DNA of 21,757 nt from Candidatus Krumholzibacteriia bacterium (GTDB lineage: Bacteria; Krumholzibacteriota; Krumholzibacteriia; LZORAL124-64-63). The stretch's first letter is position 1. Every line of letters begins with the position of its first letter. Below are positions 1 through 7,846 of this stretch, in pieces. The notes beneath the pieces are model-generated. The model was not told where the DNA came from. It saw only the letters and a list, made by a program, of their open reading frames with translations, and made no database searches. The stretch lies in the NCBI GenBank assembly GCA_036351155.1, contig JAZBOO010000077.1, positions 1-21,757 on the forward strand. The letters are read 5' to 3'. A program made the translations under genes and the position numbers.

Positions 1-1
1 C

Positions 2-547
2 GGGTTCATCATCACCGATGATTTCTGCCGCACCGCCGAGTCCAACATCTTCGCCATCGGAGACGCCGCGCAGGGCCCCATGCTGGCCCACAAGGCCAGC
101 CGCGAGGGCAAGGTGGCGGCCGAGGTCATCACCGACCGCGATGCCGAGATGGACAACCGTGCCATTCCCGCCGTGGTGTTCACCGACCCGGAAATTGCCT
201 GGAGCGGCCTGACCGAGCGTGAAGCCGAGGAGCAGAACATTCCCACCAAGGTGGGCAAGTTTCCCCTGGCCGCTCTGGGCCGGGCGCGCACCCTGGGCCG
301 CACCGACGGGCTGGTCAAGGTCATCGCCGACCCCGACACCGGCATCATCCTGGGTGTCGGCATCGTGGGGCCCATGGCCAGCGAGCTGATTGCCGAGGGC
401 ACCCTGGCCATCGAGATGGGCGCCACCCTGGAAGACATCATGGTGACCATTCACCCGCACCCCACCCTGAGCGAGGCCTTCATGGAAGCCGCCGAGGTGG
501 CCGCCGGAGAAGCCGTGCACATCAACCCGCCGCGGAAGGTGCGCTGA
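2..547 (+). CDS. lpdA: Dihydrolipoamide dehydrogenase (E3), C-terminal part; 5' truncated by the window edge
   Basis: Frame is open from position 2 (GFIITDDFCRTAESNIFAIGDAAQGPMLAHKA...). It contains IPAVVFTDPEIA and the catalytic HPHPTLSE motif of the pyridine nucleotide-disulfide oxidoreductase dimerisation domain. Confidence 0.95.
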   Translation, partial: GFIITDDFCRTAESNIFAIGDAAQGPMLAHKASREGKVAAEVITDRDAEMDNRAIPAVVFTDPEIAWSGLTEREAEEQNIPTKVGKFPLAALGRARTLGRTDGLVKVIADPDTGIILGVGIVGPMASELIAEGTLAIEMGATLEDIMVTIHPHPTLSEAFMEAAEVAAGEAVHINPPRKVR

Positions 548-549
548 CC

Positions 550-1212
550 TTGAACGGACCCAGCAATCCAGAGGATCTTCCGACGATCCCCTACGACCTG
601 GACGACGAGCTGATGAAACTGACCCGGGGCGACCACCAGCCCCGGGTTCGTGTTTATCCCTGGCAGGGTGTGGCGGTGGTCATCGGACGGGGTGGCAAGC
701 AACACCTGGAGCTGGATCGGACCGCCATTGCTGCCGATGGCCTGCCGCTGTACAAGCGGCCCGGCGGCGGATGTGCCGTGGTGCTTGATCCGGGGAATAT
801 CATCGTCTCGGTGGTGTTGCCGTTGCCCGGTCTCTCGGGAATCACCACGGCCTTCGGGGCCATCAGCAGCTGGCTGGCCGAAGCTCTCGGCCAGCTGGAC
901 CTCGGTCCGGTGGTGCAGCGCGGGGTGTCGGACCTGGTGGTGGGCGACCGCAAGATCGGCGGTTCCTGCATCTACCGCACACGGAACCTGCTCTACTATT
1001 CCACCACTCTGCTTGTCCAGCCGGATCTGGATCTGGTGGATCGATACCTGCCCCATCCTCCCCGGGAGCCGGACTATCGCCGGGGCCGCCGTCATCGAGA
1101 TTTCATGGGTCAATTGGCCTGGGAGGGAAAAACTTCTGAACTGGCCAGCAAGTTACAGAATGGCTTATCTGAGGGGCTGGCGACGCTAAGTGAATCCCTT
1201 AAAGATGTTTAA
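550..1212 (+). CDS. Lipoate-protein ligase family protein (LplA/LipB-type catalytic domain only)
   Basis: KRPGGGCAVVLDPG and SDLVVGDRKIGGS motifs; lies 2 nt downstream of lpdA. The TTG start is uncertain. Confidence 0.85.
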   Translation: MNGPSNPEDLPTIPYDLDDELMKLTRGDHQPRVRVYPWQGVAVVIGRGGKQHLELDRTAIAADGLPLYKRPGGGCAVVLDPGNIIVSVVLPLPGLSGITTAFGAISSWLAEALGQLDLGPVVQRGVSDLVVGDRKIGGSCIYRTRNLLYYSTTLLVQPDLDLVDRYLPHPPREPDYRRGRRHRDFMGQLAWEGKTSELASKLQNGLSEGLATLSESLKDV

Positions 1213-1258
1213 TGAAACAGATAATGCCTTTTTTTGTTGTTAAAATGGTCCAATTAGG

Positions 1259-1267
1259 TGTTATACT
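1259..1267 (+). promoter_or_regulatory. Putative extended -10 promoter (TGtTATACT) for the response regulator
   Basis: TG-N-TATACT in an AT-rich intergenic gap ~55 nt upstream of the GTG at 1323; no clear -35. Confidence 0.4.
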
Positions 1268-1322
1268 GCATGGAATGGGGAATTAGAGGTCAACCAAGTA
1301 TTTCATTTTCGGGGGGGATAAG

Positions 1323-2003
1323 GTGGTAACGGTGGAATCTCCGGTGCAAACGACGCGCTTATTGATTGTTGATGATCACCCGCTAGTTCGGTCAGGGATC
1401 AAAGCGATTATTCAGCTTGAGCCCGACCTGGAAGTGTGTGGCGAAGCCGAGGACCATCACACGGCCCTCGAAGCCATCAAGGCCCTGCGGCCGGACATGG
1501 TGCTGGTCGACATTTCGCTGAAAAACAGCAACGGGCTGAACCTGCTCAAGGACATCGCCCTGCACTTCCCCGATGTCACCACCCTGGCGGTGAGCATGCA
1601 TGACGAGTACACCTACGCCATCCGTTGCCTGAAGGCCGGGGCCAAGGGGTACATCATGAAGCAGGAGGGTATCGAGAAAATTCGCGACGCCATCCGCTGC
1701 GTGCTGACCGGCAAAACTTACCTGAGCGAAGAGATGACCCAGAATGCGGTGGGCCAGTTCGGTCCCGGCCGGGCCGTGCCCGGGAGCTCCCCCGTCGAGG
1801 CCTTGAGCAACCGCGAGCTCGAGCTGTTCCAGCTCACCGGTCAGGGCAAGGAGATCTCCGAGATCGCCGAGATCATGAACATCAGCCCGCGGACCGTGGA
1901 AGTGCATCGCTCCCACATCAAGAAGAAGCTGGGGTTGAGGACGAGTACGGATATTTTTCAAATGGCGTACGAGTGGCTGAGGCAGAACGGGATGCAGCCC
2001 TAG
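1323..2003 (+). CDS. NarL/FixJ-family DNA-binding response regulator (REC + LuxR HTH)
   Basis: LLIVDDHPLVR, phospho-acceptor VLVDISL, GAKGYIMK, and C-terminal LSNRELELFQL...ISPRTVEVHRSHIKKKLG. Confidence 0.95.
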   Translation: MVTVESPVQTTRLLIVDDHPLVRSGIKAIIQLEPDLEVCGEAEDHHTALEAIKALRPDMVLVDISLKNSNGLNLLKDIALHFPDVTTLAVSMHDEYTYAIRCLKAGAKGYIMKQEGIEKIRDAIRCVLTGKTYLSEEMTQNAVGQFGPGRAVPGSSPVEALSNRELELFQLTGQGKEISEIAEIMNISPRTVEVHRSHIKKKLGLRTSTDIFQMAYEWLRQNGMQP

Positions 2004-2145
2004 CCCCGACCGGCACATCGACAGTTCCAGGGCCGAAGGGCCAGGACATCCTTGTCCTGGCCCTTCTCGACATTACGGCCCTTCCGCCCTCGTGGCTACA
2101 GGGCCTCCATGACGCCCTGGCCACTGTCGATGTGCCGGTCGGGGC
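2003..2145. repeat. Structured palindromic element, copy 1 (23-bp perfect outer inverted repeat enclosing two hairpins)
   Basis: GCCCCGACCGGCACATCGACAGT (2003-2025) is the exact reverse complement of 2123-2145. Inner 14-bp hairpin 2035-2048/2053-2066. The core is similar to the reverse complement of ~3575-3673. Confidence 0.9.
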
Positions 2146-2178
2146 CAGGGATGTATCTCGTTCCGCCCCAGCTCTTGG

Positions 2179-3447
2179 CTATCGGTGCAACTGATCCCAC
2201 AGCACCTCCGCCACCAGATGCATGCCCAGCCCCACCGACCGCTCGTCGGCCCGGAACACCGGACTGTGCAGGCTCATGGTGTTTTCCTGTCCCGGAGGCG
2301 CCACACCCAGGCGGAACTGGAAGGCGGGCACCACCTGGCCATAGCGGGCGAAGTCTTCACCGCCCATGCCCGGCGCATAGGTCAGGTCGTTCTCCGGGCC
2401 CAGCACGCGGCGGAACACCTGGCGCACCTCGTCCACCAGTGTGGGGTCGTTGTAGCCGGCGGGGGTGCCGAAGTAATATTCCAGCTCGGGCTCGGGCGCG
2501 CCCACCGAGGCGGCCAGGGCCCGCACGGTACGCCCCACCTTTTCCTTCACCGCTTCGCGTGTTTCAGCATCGTGCGTGCGCACGGTGGCTTCCAGGTAAA
2601 CCTCATCGGGAATCACGTTGCCCTTGGCCCCGCCTTCGATGCGCCCCACCGAGATGACCGCGCGGTGGTTCACGTCAATTTCGCGCGCAATGATGTCGTT
2701 GAGGGCCAGGACCATCTTGGCCGCCAGGCTGACCGGGTCGATGCTGCGGTAGGGATACGCCCCGTGCCCGCCCCTTCCCTTGACGGTCAGCCGGAAGCCA
2801 TCGACGTTGGCCGTGGACCAGCCTGAGCAACTGCCCACCTGCCCGTAAGCGATGGTGGGATGATCATGGAAGGCCAGGATCCGGTCGGGCTTGCGCCCGT
2901 CTTCAAACAGGCCGGCGGCCAGCAGGTCAAAGGCCCCGTCCCCGGTTTCCTCGGCGGGCTGGAAGATGATCATCAGGGTGCCCGGCAACTGGTCGCGCAC
3001 GCTGGCCAGGGTGCGGATGGCCCCCAGGGCGATGCTCATGTGTAAATCATGACCGCAGGCGTGCATGACGCCCACCTCACGCCCTCCCCGCAGCGTGTCA
3101 CGGCAGGTCGAGCGGAAGTCCAGATCGGTATCCTCGGTGATGGGCAAGCCGTCGATGTCGGCCCGCCAGGCCACGCGCGGCCCGGGTTTGGCACCTTTCA
3201 ATTCCGCCACCAGGCCGGTGCCCCAGTCCCCCTCGATGAAGGTGATGCCCGGAATACCCTCGAGCGCGTTGCGCAAGTAAGCCTGGGTATTGTGCTCGCG
3301 GTTGGACAGCTCGGGGTTCTGATGGAGCCAGCGGCGGTCGGCAATGGTCTGCTCTTCATGGCCGCGGGCAATGGCCGCCAGGTCGGGGGTCTCGGCAAAA
3401 ACGGGAAGGGCGGCAGCGAGACAGATCAGCAGGGCAAAGAAGCGCAT
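2179..3447 (-). CDS. M20D-family amidohydrolase/carboxypeptidase with N-terminal signal peptide
   Basis: RRWLHQNPELSNRE, WRADIDGLP, MHACGHD, FQPAEE, GGHGAYP, GEDF and LHSP motifs. Start placed at ATG 3447 (GGAG RBS; MRFFALLICLAAALPVFA is signal-like) rather than 3516. Confidence 0.92.
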   Translation of the reverse strand: MRFFALLICLAAALPVFAETPDLAAIARGHEEQTIADRRWLHQNPELSNREHNTQAYLRNALEGIPGITFIEGDWGTGLVAELKGAKPGPRVAWRADIDGLPITEDTDLDFRSTCRDTLRGGREVGVMHACGHDLHMSIALGAIRTLASVRDQLPGTLMIIFQPAEETGDGAFDLLAAGLFEDGRKPDRILAFHDHPTIAYGQVGSCSGWSTANVDGFRLTVKGRGGHGAYPYRSIDPVSLAAKMVLALNDIIAREIDVNHRAVISVGRIEGGAKGNVIPDEVYLEATVRTHDAETREAVKEKVGRTVRALAASVGAPEPELEYYFGTPAGYNDPTLVDEVRQVFRRVLGPENDLTYAPGMGGEDFARYGQVVPAFQFRLGVAPPGQENTMSLHSPVFRADERSVGLGMHLVAEVLWDQLHR

Positions 3448-3551
3448 GAGTACTCCGGGGATGTTCATTGATCGGTGACACTCCGCCATTTCACCCCATT
3501 TCCCTCCGCGATGCACTTCTTATTCCCTCACTGCAAAAATTGGGCAAGGGG

Positions 3552-3696
3552 CAGCGAGAGCATAGGCTCGCTGTGGACAAGGCGTCAGGAAGGCCCCGCA
3601 GCCAGGATGGCGAGAGGGGCCTTCCGGTCGAGAAAGGCCAGGACACGGATGTCCTGGCCCTTCGTCCTTGTCCAGAGTGAGCCTTTGCTCTCACTG
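3552..3696. repeat. Structured palindromic element, copy 2 (inverted relative to copy 1)
   Basis: 31-nt outer arms 3552-3582/3666-3696 (4 mismatches). Inner stems GGAAGGCCCC/GGGGCCTTCC (3588-3597/3616-3625) and 3632-3645/3650-3663. Confidence 0.9.
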
Positions 3697-3706
3697 AGCC
3701 TATGCT

Positions 3707-4642
3707 CTAATTGCCATCCCCATTCTTCAGGTAACGATAGAAATCGGTATCGGTGCTCAGCACCAGACTGCTCTTGTTGTCCAGGCTGGTCTTGTACGAT
3801 TCCATCGTCTTGAGGAACGAATAGAACGACCGCGTATCGGCCGAGCGGTTGTAAGCACCCGAGAAGATGTTGGTCGCCTGAGCATCGGCGGCACCCTTGA
3901 TCTCCTGGGCCGTACGGTAGGCCTCGGAACGGATGCGCAGCAGCTCGCGATCCTTCTCACCACGGATACGGAACGCCTCACCCTGGCCCTCACTGCGGAA
4001 CCGGTCGGCAATACGCTGGCGCTCGGCGATCATCCGCTCGTACACCTTGTTCTGCACCTCGGCCACGTAGTTGATGCGCTTGAACTCAACATCGAGGATC
4101 TCGATGCCCAGGTCGCTGGTGCGCTCCTGGCTGTTGGCCAGGATTTCGCGGCGGATGTCGTCACGACCCCGCTCGATCAGATCCAGCGTCACTTCATCCT
4201 CGGGCACGCCCTCGGTGTGCTGGGCTTCGCGGTTGGTGTTCCGCACCACCTCGACCAGGTCGTACTTGGCAATGGCGTTGCGGGTCTCGCCATCGAGAAT
4301 ATCGTCCAGACGCGTCTGGGCACCCTGCTCGTTCTTCAGGCGCTGGAAGAACAGCAAGGGATCGGTGATGCGCCAGCGCGCATAGTTGTTCACCCAGATG
4401 AAGCGCTTGTCCCGGGTGGGAAGCTGGTTGGGATCGCCGTCCCACTCCAGGAACCGCTTCTCGAAACTGTGCACCGTCTGGATGAAGGGAATCTTGACCT
4501 TCAGCCCGGGGGTCGACACGGGATTGCCCACCGGCTTTCCGAACTGGGTGATGACCACCTGATGGGGTTCCTTCACCACGTAGAAACTGTTCATGGCCAG
4601 CAGGATCAGCACCAGAACCGGGATAATTATCAGCTTTTTCAT
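3707..4642 (-). CDS. hflC: FtsH protease modulator HflC (SPFH domain)
   Basis: N-terminal TM, VITQFGKP, PGLKVKIPFIQ, VYERMIAERQRIA..FRSEG, FYSFLKTMESY; directly downstream of hflK. Confidence 0.95.
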   Translation of the reverse strand: MKKLIIIPVLVLILLAMNSFYVVKEPHQVVITQFGKPVGNPVSTPGLKVKIPFIQTVHSFEKRFLEWDGDPNQLPTRDKRFIWVNNYARWRITDPLLFFQRLKNEQGAQTRLDDILDGETRNAIAKYDLVEVVRNTNREAQHTEGVPEDEVTLDLIERGRDDIRREILANSQERTSDLGIEILDVEFKRINYVAEVQNKVYERMIAERQRIADRFRSEGQGEAFRIRGEKDRELLRIRSEAYRTAQEIKGAADAQATNIFSGAYNRSADTRSFYSFLKTMESYKTSLDNKSSLVLSTDTDFYRYLKNGDGN

Positions 4643-4643
4643 G

Positions 4644-5654
4644 CTACTTACCTCCCTGGGGCAGCTGCTGGGAGTTGAGATTGAGCAATGGCAGCAGTCC
4701 CTTCACGTCGCCGTCCACGATGATCTTGCTTTCCACGTTGGGCAGCACTTCGGTCATGGTCTCGAGGTACATACGGGTCCGGGTGATTTCGGGAGCCAGG
4801 CGATAGGCCTCGTACAGAGCATTGAACAGCGAGGCATCACCCTCGGCGCGGTTCACACGATCCAGCGCGTAACCCTCGGCCTCCTGGATGGTCTGCAACG
4901 CAGCACCCTTGGCCTTGGGGATTTCGCGGTTGTACTCGGACTGCGCCTGGTTGATCAGGGTTTCCTTGGCCTGCTGGGCCTCGTTCACCGCATTGAACGA
5001 AGGCTTCACGGGATCTGGTGGATTCACGTCCTGAAGGACCACCTGGTCCACCTTGATGCCGGTTTCGTACTTGTCGGCCAGCACCTGCAGTTCTTCCTGC
5101 ATTTCCAGGGCCACCTCGGCACGCCCCACGGTCAGCACTTCGTTCACGGTGCGATCGCCCACGACCTTGCGCATGACCGCTTCGCTCATGTCGCGGAACG
5201 TCTTGTCCACGTTCCGGACCTGGAACAGGTACAGGTAGGGATCGACGATCCTGTACTGCACCACCCATTCGACCACTGCGGCGTTCAAATCACCGGTCAA
5301 GAGGTTCGACTCTTCACGGTAGGGTTTGGTCGAAAACTGACTGTTCACGCCGGCCTTGACGGTGCGGAATCCGAACTCTTCCTTCAACTGGCGCTGGATG
5401 GGCACCTTCAGCACCTGCTCGACTCCCAGGGGAATCTTGAAGTGCAGGCCCGGGGTGGTGCTGCGCACGTACTTGCCGAAGCGCAGGACAAGGCCCGTTT
5501 CCTCGGGTTCGATGGTGTAGAAGCTGGTCAGCAGAATCACGAGCACCAGCACGCCGCCGAAGACATACTTCAGCACGTTGGTGTTCAACTGCGGCAGCTT
5601 GATTTCAGGGATCTGAGGTCCCCGGGGTTCATCGTCTTGACGATGATCATTCAT
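4644..5654 (-). CDS. hflK: FtsH protease modulator HflK (SPFH domain)
   Basis: VLRFGKY, PGLHFKIP, LTGDLN, VNPPDPVKPSFNAV, APEITRTRMYLETM. ATG 5654 is preferred over GTG 5663 on AAGGAG spacing. Confidence 0.95.
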   Translation of the reverse strand: MNDHRQDDEPRGPQIPEIKLPQLNTNVLKYVFGGVLVLVILLTSFYTIEPEETGLVLRFGKYVRSTTPGLHFKIPLGVEQVLKVPIQRQLKEEFGFRTVKAGVNSQFSTKPYREESNLLTGDLNAAVVEWVVQYRIVDPYLYLFQVRNVDKTFRDMSEAVMRKVVGDRTVNEVLTVGRAEVALEMQEELQVLADKYETGIKVDQVVLQDVNPPDPVKPSFNAVNEAQQAKETLINQAQSEYNREIPKAKGAALQTIQEAEGYALDRVNRAEGDASLFNALYEAYRLAPEITRTRMYLETMTEVLPNVESKIIVDGDVKGLLPLLNLNSQQLPQGGK

Positions 5655-5797
5655 ATCAGCCACTCCTTCAACTCGTCTTGAGTGATGGGGACGAACTCAT
5701 CCCCTCAGCATGGTCTCTGGGACGCACACTACACTGTTCCCCGCCAAAATAGAACCATTTGTCACAGGTGGCGATACACGTGAAATCGTGTATTTAT

Positions 5798-6580
5798 TCA
5801 TGATATTCGGAATAATCGCTCCGCATTCAAGGTGGTCTGCCGGGCGATGGTCTCCGGGTCTTCCCCCCTCAGCTCAGCCAGGGCACATGATACGTCCGCC
5901 ACGTGGTGCGGCTCGGTGTCCGTGGGCAGCACGCCATCGAGGCCAATGGAGGGGGCATCGGTCTCCAGGACCATGCATTCCAGGGAAATGGCAGTTGCCG
6001 CCTTCCGCACCCGACGCGCGCCAGGACGTGTGACGGCGCCACCCAGCCCCAGATGAAACCCCGCCTTGATGAACTGATGGGCCACCTCGGTGCTCCGGCT
6101 GAAGGCGTGCAGCACGCCGCGGAGCTTTCCCCCACGGTGATTGATGGCCGTGAGCAACTCCTCGAAAGCCCCCCGGCAGTGCAGGATCACCGGCAAGTCC
6201 AGCTCCACGGCCAGGTCGAGCTGCTGATTGAGGAGTTCGAGTTGCCTGGGCAGATTGGCGTTCTCGATCTTGTTGTCCAGCCCGATCTCGCCGATGGCGA
6301 CCAGACCGGATCCTGCAGCCGAGACCGCCTCGGCAAGAGCTTGAGACTGCCCCCCCGGGGGGGCCTCGGCCCCTTCTCCAGCCACCCACGGATGGATCCC
6401 CAGCGCGGCGTAAACGCCAGGGCGCGCGGTCAGCTCCAGCACCGCGGGCCAGGAGGCCTGGTCATAGGCCGGCACGATCACCCGGGTCACGCCCCGTGCC
6501 GCGGCGCGCGCCAGCACGGCCTCGGGATCGGCGCCCAGGGGCGGCATGTTCAGGTGGCAATGGGTGTCGATGAGGGTCAT
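5798..6580 (-). CDS. TatD-family metal-dependent nuclease/hydrolase
   Basis: LIDTHCHL, LGIHPW, AIGEIGLD, VILHCR, GVLHAFS and LETDAP motifs. The real start is ATG 6580 (AAGGA RBS); the ORF-track extension to 7075 is antisense to the next gene. Confidence 0.93.
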   Translation of the reverse strand: MTLIDTHCHLNMPPLGADPEAVLARAAARGVTRVIVPAYDQASWPAVLELTARPGVYAALGIHPWVAGEGAEAPPGGQSQALAEAVSAAGSGLVAIGEIGLDNKIENANLPRQLELLNQQLDLAVELDLPVILHCRGAFEELLTAINHRGGKLRGVLHAFSRSTEVAHQFIKAGFHLGLGGAVTRPGARRVRKAATAISLECMVLETDAPSIGLDGVLPTDTEPHHVADVSCALAELRGEDPETIARQTTLNAERLFRIS

Positions 6581-6661
6581 GTGTCCGGTCCTTTTCAAAC
6601 AGGATACTGGAGCGTAAACTCTCTGACCAGGAACCATACCAACCTCAAGGAGCCTCCGTCC

Positions 6662-7093
6662 ATGCCCATCGACCCTTCCCTGCTGGAAATCCACACCCAC
6701 ACCGGGCCGGCCTTTCAGCCGCTGGTCAATTTCCAGTCCTGGCGGGTGGCCGTGCTCAATTTCACCGACCACCTGCGCCCGGAAAACCTGCACGACATGC
6801 AGCGCCACGACGAGACCGACGAGGTGTTCGTGCTGCTTCGGGGACGGTGCATCCTGTTCATCGGCGATGGGCGCAGCGAGGCGGGCCAGATCACCGCCGT
6901 GGACCTCAAACCGCTCACGCTCTACAACGTGAAACAGGGCACCTGGCACAATCACACCTTGAGCGAGGACGCCTCGGTGCTGGTGGTGGAGAACCGGGAA
7001 ACCACCCTGGAGAACTCCCCATTTTGTGAATTGAGTGAGGATCAACGCCGGCAGATGGTGGAAGAAACTGCCCAAACCTGGGGTTTAAAATAG
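6662..7093 (+). CDS. Hypothetical protein, probable cupin-fold metalloprotein (143 aa)
   Basis: AAGGAG RBS before ATG 6662; cupin-like motifs RHDETDEVFVLLRG and YNVKQGTWHNH. Confidence 0.75.
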   Translation: MPIDPSLLEIHTHTGPAFQPLVNFQSWRVAVLNFTDHLRPENLHDMQRHDETDEVFVLLRGRCILFIGDGRSEAGQITAVDLKPLTLYNVKQGTWHNHTLSEDASVLVVENRETTLENSPFCELSEDQRRQMVEETAQTWGLK

Positions 7094-7099
7094 AAATTT

Positions 7100-7256
7100 T
7101 ACTGCGATAGCGGTATTTTTTCTATTTTCACTGCCCCAAACAAAACTCGCCCAAGCTTTGGACTAATATTGCCGCTTTGGCGGTAATTTTTTGCTTTTCC
7201 CCTTGACTGTCAACCTCTCAATACATTAACATGGCGATATTACCGCTATGGCAGTA
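7100..7256. promoter_or_regulatory. Three palindromic operator-like sites (consensus TACCGC-N4-GCGGTA) at 7100-7115, 7170-7185 and 7241-7256
   Basis: TACTGCgataGCGGTA, TGCCGCtttgGCGGTA and TACCGCtatgGCAGTA, each one mismatch from a perfect palindrome, AT-flanked, upstream of an HTH antitoxin gene. Confidence 0.75.
7203..7232 (+). promoter_or_regulatory. Putative sigma70 promoter of hipBST
   Basis: TTGACT (7203-7208), 18-nt spacer, TAACAT (7227-7232); lies between operators 2 and 3. Confidence 0.55.
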
Positions 7257-7281
7257 TTTCCAGCCAAGGATATCGATACCC

Positions 7282-7530
7282 ATGAATGTCTCTCCAGAAT
7301 CACCTGCCACCTGGATGTTGAAGATGGGCGTGGAAATTCGTCGCCATCGCAAACAGGCCGGACTGACCCAGCTTGAACTGGCCCGACTGGCCGGCGTGGG
7401 AAAGACCGTGGTTTTCGACCTCGAAAAAGGCAAGGCCACCAGCCAGGTGGCCACCCTGTTGAGCATCTTGAGCGTATTGAATATCCAGCTGACCTGGCAA
7501 GCCCCGCCCCAGGAGGTGGGTGATGCGTGA
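7282..7530 (+). CDS. hipB: XRE-family HTH regulator, HipB-like
   Basis: IRRHRKQAGLTQLELARLAGVGKTVVFDLEKGK HTH; first gene of an overlapping three-gene operon. Start uncertain (7282 preferred because 7231 overlaps the promoter). Confidence 0.85.
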   Translation: MNVSPESPATWMLKMGVEIRRHRKQAGLTQLELARLAGVGKTVVFDLEKGKATSQVATLLSILSVLNIQLTWQAPPQEVGDA

Positions 7531-7846
7531 AGCACGTATCCTGGTGCACGGCAAAGAGGCCGCGACCTTGACCGAAAGTGATGATCGGCGGAATTACCAG
7601 CTCACCTACGCCGAGGGATATCACGGCCCACCGATCTCCCTGACCCTCCGACCGCGCACTGCCCCCTACACCTTTGACCGCTTCCCCTCGTTCTTTGATG
7701 GCCTGTTGCCCGAGGGTTCCCAGCTTGACGCTTTGCTGCGGATCGCCAAGCTGGATCGTGATGATCATCTCGGCCAGTTGCTGGTTGTCGGCGGTGACCT
7801 GGTCGGCGCGGTGACAGTGCTGCCCATGCCGGAGGACCAGCCATGA
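7523..7846 (+). CDS. hipS: HipA N-terminal-domain protein, HipS-like antitoxin
   Basis: YQLTYAEGYHGPPISLTL and FPSFFDGLLPEG motifs, ending GGDLVGAVTV; GGAGG RBS; overlaps both neighbours. Confidence 0.85.
   Translation: MREARILVHGKEAATLTESDDRRNYQLTYAEGYHGPPISLTLRPRTAPYTFDRFPSFFDGLLPEGSQLDALLRIAKLDRDDHLGQLLVVGGDLVGAVTVLPMPEDQP

Noticed and set aside
2003..2145. tRNA, attC site or simple rho-independent terminator interpretation of the structured element
   Set aside because: No T-loop/D-loop consensus, no RYYYAAC/GTTRRRY ends or integrase, and no U-tract; too long and branched for a terminator.
5774..5793. 7-bp inverted repeat ATACACG-N6-CGTGTAT just past the tatD stop
   Set aside because: Short, single occurrence and weak stem; cannot be distinguished from chance.
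5798..7093. Apparent long overlap or N-terminal extensions of tatD (to 7075) and the cupin (from 5903)
   Set aside because: Each extension is just the antisense of the other gene; RBS-supported starts at 6580 (-) and 6662 (+) give an ordinary divergent pair.
7100..7256. Mini-CRISPR interpretation of the three ~70-bp-spaced palindromes
   Set aside because: The conserved unit is only ~16-24 nt and degenerate, one spacer contains the promoter, and no cas genes are present; operators fit better.
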